Shown here in pieces: positions 7,558 through 15,373 of a stretch of DNA of 64,000 bases. This DNA is from a virus. The DNA is taken from positions 1 through 64,000 of IMG/VR virus record IMGVR_UViG_3300044445_000018. One strand, 5' to 3'. A program made the translations under genes and the position numbers. Numbering within the stretch: position 1 is the first letter of the stretch; the number at the start of each line of letters is the position of its first letter. The notes beneath the pieces are model-generated. The model did no database searches and was not told where the DNA came from. It was given only the letters and a program-made list of their open reading frames with translations.

Positions 7558-9702
7558 TCAGGTCAGCACCTGAAAGACCGCATAGTCTGCGGGGGCTGCT
7601 TGCGGAACCACCTTGGTTTCGACCCCGGCTGTCTTGAGCATGTCTTGCAGCTTGGCCCACGCCTCGTCGCCGCCGATGATGTTGGCGATGAAGTCCTTGG
7701 TGGGTGCCCCCGCGCCGTTGAGAAGATCGGCCACGGTGGCGGGGGCTGTGCTGACGAATACGCCCCGAGCCGAGAGGGACTTGAGGGTCCCCTTCGAGAG
7801 AAGCGGTGCGTTGAGTATCGTCAGGCCCTTGAGAGCGTCTGTCGTCCCGAGGTTGATCACGTAGTCGATCACTGTCTTGGCGAACTCCCCGAGGGGCTTG
7901 GCCGTCTGGAACGCGTCGGCCAGGACACTGTCCTCGATATAGGCGAACGACTGCGGGTGCGCGAGATCGAGGATGGTGGTGGATGCCTTACCCCACTCTG
8001 CGATGCCGTCGATGGCCACTTCCATCTCGCTTTCGTCGTCCCACCAGTCGGCCGCGTGAAGCATGATGGGGCGGTCGATGTCCTCGGGGAAGCTCATGCT
8101 CTCCGCGTACCCCGTGATGGACTGAGCCCAGTGTCGCACAGTGTTGAGTTCGACACTGTCGGATGCGTCGATGATCGGCACGTTGCTCTCGGCCCACACA
8201 CGGCCGGTGGAGCCGCAGATGGTGAGCTTCGTGATCTTGGACTTCTGCATGTCGTGGATGTCGAGGCCGGTGCAGCCGACGACACACGGCTTGTCCATCG
8301 CTCTAGCCACGACAGCCGCGTGGCTGGTGGCGCCGCCGGTTGCAGTGAGGATGCCCTGGGCCTTGTTCATGCCTGCGATGTCGTCGGGGTCCGTCTCGTG
8401 GGTGACGAGGATCACAGGGTCCTTGGCAGACACCGCGTCGGCACTGGAGTAGACGGGACGGCCGACAGCCACGCCGGGACAGGCGGGGAGGCCGACAGCA
8501 TCTGGTGTGCCCTTGTACTTGGGGTCGATGGTGGGGCGCCGCATCAGCTTGAACTGAGCACGGGTGAGGCGCTTGATCGCGTCCTGGGGCACGATCTTGC
8601 CTTGCGTCACGAGGTCGATGGCGATCTTGAACGCGGCGAAGGCACTGCGCTTACCCACGCGGGACTGGAGGATGTAGAGCACACCGTCTTGCACGGTGAA
8701 CTCGATATCGACCATGTCGTTGTAGTGAGCCTCCAGATCACCGCAGACGACCGCGATCTTGTTGGCGATCACAGGCCACGGCGCAGGCATCTCCTGCATC
8801 TTCGTGATGTTGAGGGGGGTGCGGATGCCGGCCACAACGTCCTCACCCTGGGCGTTGGGTAGAAACTCGCCCATGATCACGTTTTCCCCGGTGGAGGGGT
8901 CGCGGGTGAAGAGGACGCCCGTGCCGGACTGGTCGTTGAGATTGCCGAAGACCATGGCCTGGACGTTACAGGCGGTGCCCATCGCCGGATCGATCTTGTT
9001 GATCTTGCGGTACTCGATAGCGCGGTCGTTGCCCCACGAGTTGAAGACGGCGCCGATGGCGGCTTTCAACTGTTCCTCGCGGGTGGCTGGGAACGTGTGA
9101 CCGACTGCCTTGGCGAACGCTTTCTCATACTCCACGACGACAACTTTGAGATCGTTTGCGCCGAGTTGCGTGTCCTCGGTAGCCCCGACGTCTTTCTTGA
9201 CCCGTGCCAACTGAAAGTCGAACACGCCCATGTCGATGTCGTATGCGGTAGAGCCGAGCATCTGAATGAGGCGGCGGTAGCTGTCCCACGCAGCACGCTC
9301 GCCGATGCGCTCGATCCACTCGTTGAGATTGTGGTGAGTGAGGCCGACGTTGAGGATGGTGTCCATCATGCCGGGCATAGACACAGGGGCGCCGGAACGA
9401 ACGGAGACGAGGGGAGCGTACCCCATGGTCTCCGTGAGCCACGCATCATGCTTGAGCACTTCCTGCATGAGCACGCTGACGAACTTGTGTTCTTCGGGAG
9501 ACCCTGCGCCGAACTTTGCGAGGATATCCATGAACTGGTTGCAGATGCGGGTGGTGATGCAGAAGGCCGGGGGCACGTTGAGCCCCATGTCAACCATGTC
9601 GTGGAGGCCCGCACCCTTACCCCCGAGGATGGCCTTCTTAGGGGCCTCCTCAGTGTAAGGAGTGCAGGACCCCTTCGCGATACGATAGAAGTTGGTATCC
9701 AC
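7558..9702 (-). CDS. PPDK-like dikinase: ATP-grasp + phosphohistidine swivel domains with a non-PPDK C-terminal ~200 aa
   Basis: Collinear with pyruvate phosphate dikinase through LGGKGAGL, VSVRSGAPVSMPGMMDTILNVGL, NAQGEDVVAGIRTP and TATGGATSHAAVVARAMDKPCVVG. No PEP/pyruvate TIM-barrel motifs follow. GTG start 5 nt after GGAGG. Confidence 0.8.
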   Translation of the reverse strand: MDTNFYRIAKGSCTPYTEEAPKKAILGGKGAGLHDMVDMGLNVPPAFCITTRICNQFMDILAKFGAGSPEEHKFVSVLMQEVLKHDAWLTETMGYAPLVSVRSGAPVSMPGMMDTILNVGLTHHNLNEWIERIGERAAWDSYRRLIQMLGSTAYDIDMGVFDFQLARVKKDVGATEDTQLGANDLKVVVVEYEKAFAKAVGHTFPATREEQLKAAIGAVFNSWGNDRAIEYRKINKIDPAMGTACNVQAMVFGNLNDQSGTGVLFTRDPSTGENVIMGEFLPNAQGEDVVAGIRTPLNITKMQEMPAPWPVIANKIAVVCGDLEAHYNDMVDIEFTVQDGVLYILQSRVGKRSAFAAFKIAIDLVTQGKIVPQDAIKRLTRAQFKLMRRPTIDPKYKGTPDAVGLPACPGVAVGRPVYSSADAVSAKDPVILVTHETDPDDIAGMNKAQGILTATGGATSHAAVVARAMDKPCVVGCTGLDIHDMQKSKITKLTICGSTGRVWAESNVPIIDASDSVELNTVRHWAQSITGYAESMSFPEDIDRPIMLHAADWWDDESEMEVAIDGIAEWGKASTTILDLAHPQSFAYIEDSVLADAFQTAKPLGEFAKTVIDYVINLGTTDALKGLTILNAPLLSKGTLKSLSARGVFVSTAPATVADLLNGAGAPTKDFIANIIGGDEAWAKLQDMLKTAGVETKVVPQAAPADYAVFQVLT

Positions 9703-9737
9703 AATGACCTCCGTGTCTGTATGTGGGTAACAGTTTT

Positions 9738-9765
9738 AATATAGCTGATGGGTCCGTGAGGGGAA
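9738..9765 (-). promoter_or_regulatory. possible sigma70-like promoter TTCCCC-16-TATATT
   Basis: Upstream of the dikinase gene. Confidence 0.4.
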
Positions 9766-9768
9766 GTG

Positions 9769-9894
9769 TTATTTCTTCTGGAAGTCTACCGGGCGCCGAG
9801 ACTTCGGGTCCTGGCTGAGCACCTTGGCGCCCTTCGATTGCTTCGGCTTCGCCGCCGTCTTCGGGGTCGGTTTCGGAAGGACGTGCGTCGTCAT
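9769..9894 (-). CDS. small Lys/Pro-rich protein (41 aa), not in ORF track
   Basis: MTTHVLPKPTPKTAAKPKQSKGAKVLSQDPKSRRPVDFQKK. TGATG overlap with the stop of 9894..10412. Strongly GC-rich third positions. Confidence 0.45.
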   Translation of the reverse strand: MTTHVLPKPTPKTAAKPKQSKGAKVLSQDPKSRRPVDFQKK

Positions 9895-10412
9895 CACGCG
9901 ATAGCCTTTTTCTGGTCGAGCCGCCGGGTGTAGCAGCCCTGGAACTGCGCACGAACGAGCATGTTCTGTGCAGTTGATTTCACTTTGGCGCGGTCGTGCT
10001 TGTAGTCAAGGAGGTCTCCCATGTCCTCGATCTCCGTGTTCACGAGCATGGCCACGAGCACCGCCATGTTGTCCACGTCGGCGAGGTAGCCTTCCTCCAC
10101 GAGCACGAGGATGAACTGCGCACAGCAGTAGAAGCCCTGGACAGGATCACTGGCGCCAACGTCGCGTAAGATCGAGACGGCGAGCCCGTCGATCCGCTTG
10201 GCCACGAGTACCATCCGTTCTTGCGGCAGGGTCGTAATAACAGCCTCGACGGCCTTGTTCAGCTTGTCCACGATATCGGGCCGAAATTGGTAGCCCTTGG
10301 TGTGAGCTTGATCGTGCATCAGGATCATCATGTGCGCGGGCAGGCACTGCTCCGTCACTGACAAGTCCGCCAGGGCGATCTGCTCCTTGTGGGTGAAATT
10401 CACGACGGTCAT
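9894..10412 (-). CDS. hypothetical protein (172 aa)
   Basis: ATG 10412 (MTVVNFTHKEQ). High GC3 from this point onward. Confidence 0.55.
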   Translation of the reverse strand: MTVVNFTHKEQIALADLSVTEQCLPAHMMILMHDQAHTKGYQFRPDIVDKLNKAVEAVITTLPQERMVLVAKRIDGLAVSILRDVGASDPVQGFYCCAQFILVLVEEGYLADVDNMAVLVAMLVNTEIEDMGDLLDYKHDRAKVKSTAQNMLVRAQFQGCYTRRLDQKKAIA

Positions 10413-10575
10413 AGCTTCCAAACTCCTGGGCGATCTCTTCTACGGCGGGGGTGTCGTAGGGGAGCGAGACCGTGTCCCCCTCGACGTAGTGCGAAACTCC
10501 GAGGTCGTCTAGTAAGTCCGCAAATTCGGACGCTGCACCATCGGAACCGTACCTATAGGTGATCCTTCGGTCCAT
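10147..10575 (-). CDS. questionable ORF: only the first ~54 codons (10413..10575) look coding
   Basis: Acidic N-terminal part MDRRITYRYGSDGAASEFADLLDDLGVSHYVEGDTVSLPYDTPAVEEIAQEF. The ORF then runs out of frame through 9894..10412 with low GC3 and no stop until 10147. Confidence 0.25.
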   Translation of the reverse strand: MDRRITYRYGSDGAASEFADLLDDLGVSHYVEGDTVSLPYDTPAVEEIAQEFGSYDRREFHPQGADRPGGLVSDGAVPARAHDDPDARSSSHQGLPISARYRGQAEQGRRGCYYDPAARTDGTRGQADRRARRLDLTRRWRQ

Positions 10576-12617
10576 CGTGTGTCTACCCCTTCCTTGAAGC
10601 GGTCCTGCCGCAGCTTCTCGACGTACGTGATGGACTTCTTGTGGGCCGTCCGCTGCTGTTCCTCCAGCGTCTTGGGGATTTGCCGGATCGAGACACCGTG
10701 CTTGACCCAGATTTCCCGACGCATGGTCAAGCCGTACACGACACCGGCCATCGCATCCGTCAAGTCCTTCGATCCGTTGGGAGGGTGGTCGATGACCCCG
10801 CTGGACGGGACAAGCTCCAACTGTGAGGCTTCCTTGATCGCCTTGATCTGCGGCGGACAGACGACACGCCCGTCATAGATCGCCTGTTTCAGCATGTCGT
10901 AGGCGAGGTTGTCCGTGTCCATTGACTGCGTGCCGGTCGTGAAGCCCTGGCCTGCCAGGATTTGCAGCATGTCCTTGGACTGGTGCGTGTCCGCCGAGAC
11001 CCACTTCAGCTTCACATGCTTGTTGACCATGTAGAGCATCCGGCGAATGCGCCCGTAGTCGATCTCGCCACCCTTGGGCGGCAGCACTTCGAGGATGAAG
11101 TCGAACTGGATGACGGGCAGGATTTCCTTCACGTCCCCGCGATCCACTTCCACGAACTTGGGCACGAACCCGCACGCGACCCCTGTGCTGTCCTTCGTGT
11201 CAGACAGATCGAGATGGGCGAAGCGCGGCTCCTCCTTGTGCATGAAGTGCTTCGGATACATGGCGATCTGGGACGTTACGAAGTCCCCCTTGTCCCGCGA
11301 CAGGACAGAGCGCACGAGGCCGAAGCACGCGGCGATGGCGTCGGTGTTGAGCATGAACGGGTGCATGGCCTGCGTTGCCACACCCACCACGTCACGCAAC
11401 TGCGTGAGCAAGTCCTTCTCCACGAACGCGGCCTTGAACTCGATGGGCACGGCGTGGACGAGATGCCGGTCCTCTTCCTTGAACTCCAGCGGGCTGTCCA
11501 CGAGGCGGGGCTTGCGGGTGCTGTCGCCGACGAAGACGTGGAACCAGAAGGGGTAGTTCTTGCCCCACCGTTCTTCCAGGGCCTCCGTCCGCGTGCCCCT
11601 GTAGAAGCCGAACCGCTCGGGTCTAAGCTCCCAGATGCGGCGGTCGTAGATGTAGATCGTCTTGTTGGTCTTGGCCTCGGCTTCCTTCTTGTCCGTGAAC
11701 TGGCCGGGGTAGTTTCGCGACGACACTAGACAGAGCATCCCCGGCAGCGCGCCTAGCTGGGCGAAGCGGGAGTTCCGGCGGGTGGCGATGCTCTCGTAGT
11801 TCTGGGTGGCCTGATCGTAGGTCTCGCCGTTCTTCGACTGCTTCGACTTCTCGACCACGGCCATGAAGTTGATCTCATCGATAATGCCCCCGATCACGTT
11901 CTGGCCGATAGCCGCCGTGTCCTGGCCCGAGATCGGCTTGATGATCATGTTGCGGGGGAACCGCATGTCGGTCTCACGGTCCTTCTGGTACGGGAAGTTC
12001 TCCTCGAACCAAGGCGAGTTCGACACCATGTCCCGCAGACGCTTGTAGTCCACGTCCTGCGCGACGTTCTTGTTGAGGGACTGGAGCACCATCAGGATTT
12101 CGGAGGACGGATCGAGATCGAAGGTCTCGTGCGGTTCCTCCATGCAGGCCAGCACATACTGCTGGTAGGCGATGGTGTAGATGGCCAGGGTGGTCTTGGC
12201 GACACCGATGGCGCCGGTCAGCACGGCCTCGACGTAGTCCCCCGAGTTGATCCTGACCCCGTGCTCGATGACCTTGGGCCACAGGATGCCGGGCTTGTTC
12301 AGATACTCGGGGCTCTCACAGAACGTGCGGAAGTCAACGGGAAGCTCGCGGTAGCCGATCTTCTCCTTGAGCTTCTTGCGCAGGTGTTTGATCGCGTCGA
12401 GGTAGTAGTCCAGCCGCTGCTGCTGGCTCCAGATCAGGTCTTCCTTGCGCTTGCGAAACTGGGGCTCCGACCCGTCCTGATAGTCCCCGACGTACCACTT
12501 GCCGAGCTTCCAGATGCGTTCCCCGATGGGGCCGAAGTTCTGGAGGATTTGCAGGCACGTCGTCAGTTGCAGGACAATGGGGTCTTGCTGCTTAGGCGAT
12601 GTCTTCGGCGGCTTCAT
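10509..12617 (-). CDS. terL: terminase large subunit
   Basis: 702 aa. Walker-A-like VLTGAIGVAKTT. C-terminal nuclease-like acidic segment AHLDLSDTKDSTG. Lies next to a small-terminase-like gene. Confidence 0.7.
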   Translation of the reverse strand: MKPPKTSPKQQDPIVLQLTTCLQILQNFGPIGERIWKLGKWYVGDYQDGSEPQFRKRKEDLIWSQQQRLDYYLDAIKHLRKKLKEKIGYRELPVDFRTFCESPEYLNKPGILWPKVIEHGVRINSGDYVEAVLTGAIGVAKTTLAIYTIAYQQYVLACMEEPHETFDLDPSSEILMVLQSLNKNVAQDVDYKRLRDMVSNSPWFEENFPYQKDRETDMRFPRNMIIKPISGQDTAAIGQNVIGGIIDEINFMAVVEKSKQSKNGETYDQATQNYESIATRRNSRFAQLGALPGMLCLVSSRNYPGQFTDKKEAEAKTNKTIYIYDRRIWELRPERFGFYRGTRTEALEERWGKNYPFWFHVFVGDSTRKPRLVDSPLEFKEEDRHLVHAVPIEFKAAFVEKDLLTQLRDVVGVATQAMHPFMLNTDAIAACFGLVRSVLSRDKGDFVTSQIAMYPKHFMHKEEPRFAHLDLSDTKDSTGVACGFVPKFVEVDRGDVKEILPVIQFDFILEVLPPKGGEIDYGRIRRMLYMVNKHVKLKWVSADTHQSKDMLQILAGQGFTTGTQSMDTDNLAYDMLKQAIYDGRVVCPPQIKAIKEASQLELVPSSGVIDHPPNGSKDLTDAMAGVVYGLTMRREIWVKHGVSIRQIPKTLEEQQRTAHKKSITYVEKLRQDRFKEGVDTRWTEGSPIGTVPMVQRPNLRTY

Positions 12618-13209
12618 GGTCGATCACTTTCCCCTTCTCGCCTGCGATGCGTGTGTCGGCAATGGCCAACAGCTTGTCAGCCTCTTCGGTCCATGTGAAC
12701 TGCCGGGTCTCGCCCTCTTCGTTCGTCACCATGCCATGCACAGTCTTCGGCGCCCGCTTCATGCCGATGCCGGTCTCCAACTGCATCTTGGAGAGTTCGG
12801 TGGTGGCTTCCTTCAGCAAGCGCAGTTCGTCGGTGGTCTGCTTCAGGAGGATGCCGCCGGGTAGGGACTGCTCTTTCAGCAGCAGCTTCTCCACGCGGGT
12901 CTTCTGGATCGTGCAGATCAACTCCATCTCGTCCAGGGCGATCAGCCGCTTGTGGGTGTTGGCGACGTTCTTGCCCTTCACCTTCTCCACGATTTCCTGC
13001 ACGACGGCAGCTTGCAGATCAACGGAGCGGTAGCGTTCGAGGTTCTTCTTGACCGAGCCCGGCTTGAGGTCCGTGAGTAGCCCCAGTTCCTCTTGCAGGT
13101 ACTTGGCCACGTTCGAGGGCGTATCCCCGCCCAGGAGCCGCTTGTTGACTTCCTCGACTACTGCGGGATCGAGGGTGTGGAGCCGTTTGAAGGCGACCTT
13201 CGAGGCCAT
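12592..13209 (-). CDS. terS: putative terminase small subunit / DNA-binding protein
   Basis: 205 aa directly upstream of terL and overlapping it. Helical N-terminus (TPSNVAKYLQEELG) followed by coiled-coil-like sequence. Confidence 0.4.
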   Translation of the reverse strand: MASKVAFKRLHTLDPAVVEEVNKRLLGGDTPSNVAKYLQEELGLLTDLKPGSVKKNLERYRSVDLQAAVVQEIVEKVKGKNVANTHKRLIALDEMELICTIQKTRVEKLLLKEQSLPGGILLKQTTDELRLLKEATTELSKMQLETGIGMKRAPKTVHGMVTNEEGETRQFTWTEEADKLLAIADTRIAGEKGKVIDHEAAEDIA

Positions 13210-13210
13210 G

Positions 13211-14161
13211 TCACGCCACTCCCTTCAGGCTGTCGAGATGATCCTTGGTCGGGGCCACGGCCATCTTCTTCGGGATCGTGACCATGCTGGTCTTCTTGAC
13301 CAGGGCCGGCATCGTGGGGGTCTCGCCTTGTGCAATTAATTGCAGAGCCGCCCCGACGACGTCGTCAATGGTGCGCTGCTTCTCGATGCACTGTTCCCCG
13401 ATCAGGTCGAGGGCCTTCATCGTCTTGCCTTCGATACGGAGCCACATGCTGCGCTGGCCGCCGTGATCGAACACCATGTAGCCGAAGGGCAGCGTGTCCC
13501 CGAACTTGGTGAACATCTCGTTGAGGAGCTTCGACAGCCCATCGACCGTCTTGATCTCCTTGGCGGCCTCCTTGAACTTGTCCTGGGAGGTCTTGTCGGG
13601 CAGCGCCTTGGCGGTCTGATTGATCAGCTTCTGCCACTCCTTGTCGTCGGAGATGGCGAACGCCTCCTGCATCACGTCAGGCCCGTAGACCTTCTCCAGG
13701 GACTGCACGAGGTCCATGAACGACTGCGGGTCCATCTTACCGTGGATCGCATTCATTCTGACGATCTGGAATTTCTCCGCGTCGTCATCGAAGTCTTCGG
13801 CCATGACGATGGTCACGGGGACTTCATCGAAGTCGAGGTACAGGGCGGCCTTCAGGCGGTGGTGGCCTCCGACGACACGGAAGCGGAGCGACTTGCTCGC
13901 GGCAGCCTTGGCGAAGGTCTCGGGGTCCTGCCCCGCCTTAGTCCAGACCTTCTCACACTCGGAGCGGTCGAGAGGACGAATGAGGATCGGGTCCGTCAAG
14001 CCCGTCTCTTCGATGTTACGACAGAGGTTGTTGAACTCTCGGTCGGACATCTTGTTGGGGTTCAGCGTATTCTCTTCGAGGAGAGCCGGTGCCAGGAAGC
14101 AACGGATGGTCTCCTTGGTTTTCTCAAAAGCGCCCACACCGGCCTCCGTGTCGCGGGACAA
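13211..14161 (-). CDS. ParB-like nuclease (ParB/Srx N-terminal) domain protein
   Basis: Motifs DPILIRPL and RVVGGHHRLKAA. Track start at 14161 is TTG; a GTG at 14137 follows GGAGG. Confidence 0.7.
   Translation of the reverse strand: MSRDTEAGVGAFEKTKETIRCFLAPALLEENTLNPNKMSDREFNNLCRNIEETGLTDPILIRPLDRSECEKVWTKAGQDPETFAKAAASKSLRFRVVGGHHRLKAALYLDFDEVPVTIVMAEDFDDDAEKFQIVRMNAIHGKMDPQSFMDLVQSLEKVYGPDVMQEAFAISDDKEWQKLINQTAKALPDKTSQDKFKEAAKEIKTVDGLSKLLNEMFTKFGDTLPFGYMVFDHGGQRSMWLRIEGKTMKALDLIGEQCIEKQRTIDDVVGAALQLIAQGETPTMPALVKKTSMVTIPKKMAVAPTKDHLDSLKGVA
13330..13345. promoter_or_regulatory. palindrome GTGCAATTAATTGCAG (intragenic)
   Basis: Perfect 14-bp core inside the ParB-like CDS (codes LQLIAQ), 121 nt upstream of the TerS-like start. 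Confidence 0.8.
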
Positions 14162-14197
14162 TTCCGAGACACTTCTACGGGGTGGGCGCTGTCTTTG

Positions 14198-14521
14198 CTA
14201 CTTCGTTGGTTCGCTACGGACCAGGGCCGCGTCCAGCTTGTGCTTGAGGACAGCCACGATATCGCAGATGTCGTACACGATCTCGTTGAAGATACGATCC
14301 GAGACCGCTTGCTGATCGAGCGGTTCGTTGATGTACTCCAGTTCGACGTCACGCTGTAGACGCACGTTGTACTGAACATTGACCGCACCGCCGGGGCCGA
14401 CGAAGCAGCGGATCATCTGCCACAACTCGTGGTCCTCCGCTTCGATCCGGTTCATGGCGGTGACGACTTCATCCCCGATGGGTTCTTCTCTGATGACCAC
14501 TTCCGTCTGATCGTCCGCCAT
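14198..14521 (-). CDS. hypothetical acidic protein (107 aa)
   Basis: ATG 14521 lies 1 nt after the dcd-like stop. Confidence 0.5.
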   Translation of the reverse strand: MADDQTEVVIREEPIGDEVVTAMNRIEAEDHELWQMIRCFVGPGGAVNVQYNVRLQRDVELEYINEPLDQQAVSDRIFNEIVYDICDIVAVLKHKLDAALVRSEPTK

Positions 14522-14522
14522 G

Positions 14523-15170
14523 TCACTTCTCCTTGGTCAGGGCCGCAAGGTGGTCTTTGTCCTCCGTCCAGATACCCGGTGCGCTCTCGAAGCGGGCACC
14601 GTGGGCGCCCTTGGTCTGATGCTGGTACTTCCCGTCGTAGGGGTTCTCCGCATCGGCGTCGAGCCAAGTGAAGATGAACTGGCAGACGGCGTCACCCTTC
14701 TTGTAGCTGACGACCTTCTCGGAGAAGTTCACCAACTCCAGCGTGGCGTTGCCGTGGAAGCCGGGGTCGAAGAAGGTATTGAACGCCGAAACGAAGACGC
14801 GAGCATAAGTGCTCTTGTCACAGACCGCTCCTCCGACGTCTGCTGGGAGATGGAAGTCTTCGACGGTGTACGCCAGCGCGTAGTGAGGCGGTTCGTTGCG
14901 GAGTTCGGACTGTAGGGCGGGTAGATCACGCAGCGCCCTCCACAGTCCTCGGATACTGGCGAAGTCCTGTCTCAGCAGCCAGTCTTTCCAGACGATGCCG
15001 GGGTGTCTCCCGAGAGTGAGGTCGTGATCGATGCTCGCATCGTAGCTCGCGTGACTGAGCCCCTTGCTGGCCCCGTTCACTCTGATCTTCTCGTTGAGGA
15101 ACGGCGAGATCAGCGGCACTTCCGTGTTCGTGCAGAGGTTGCGGATGCTCTGCCCTGTCAACTGCGTCAC
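14523..15170 (-). CDS. dcd: dCTP deaminase/dUTPase-fold protein
   Basis: FDPGFHGNATLELVN signature and SYDASIDHDLTLG. GTG start. Confidence 0.75.
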   Translation of the reverse strand: MTQLTGQSIRNLCTNTEVPLISPFLNEKIRVNGASKGLSHASYDASIDHDLTLGRHPGIVWKDWLLRQDFASIRGLWRALRDLPALQSELRNEPPHYALAYTVEDFHLPADVGGAVCDKSTYARVFVSAFNTFFDPGFHGNATLELVNFSEKVVSYKKGDAVCQFIFTWLDADAENPYDGKYQHQTKGAHGARFESAPGIWTEDKDHLAALTKEK

Positions 15171-15363
15171 GGGTCTGTTCCTCGAAGCTGTGAATATGCG
15201 TGTGGGGGAATGTCTTCAGGATGCCGTCTTCCGTATCGACGGCGAACAGCATGTAGCACCAGGGATGGTACTCGTTCTCCGCGTACTTGCTGTATTGCGG
15301 GTTGACGAGCCGCTTGCGCCGCTCGCCCCTGTGGTTCGTGTAGTCGATCAGCGCATACGTCAT
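14926..15363 (-). CDS. small ORF whose first ~63 codons (15171..15363) look coding
   Basis: MTYALIDYTNHRGERRKRLVNPQYSKYAENEYHPWCYMLFAVDTEDGILKTFPHTHIHSF. The frame then continues 245 nt into the dcd-like gene with low GC3. Confidence 0.35.
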   Translation of the reverse strand: MTYALIDYTNHRGERRKRLVNPQYSKYAENEYHPWCYMLFAVDTEDGILKTFPHTHIHSFEEQTRDAVDRAEHPQPLHEHGSAADLAVPQREDQSERGQQGAQSRELRCEHRSRPHSRETPRHRLERLAAETGLRQYPRTVEGAA

Positions 15364-15373
15364 CCCAAGTACC

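Noticed and set aside
7558-9702. Annotating the gene simply as pyruvate phosphate dikinase (ppdK).
   Set aside because: The protein is about 160 aa shorter than PPDK. Its C-terminal ~200 aa lack the PEP/pyruvate-binding TIM-barrel motifs, so pyruvate/PEP chemistry is not supported.
9650-9952. 100-aa minus-strand ORF spanning the gap between 9894..10412 and the dikinase.
   Set aside because: It overlaps both flanking genes out of frame. The 41-aa ORF 9769..9894 in another frame has much better codon bias and a coupled start.
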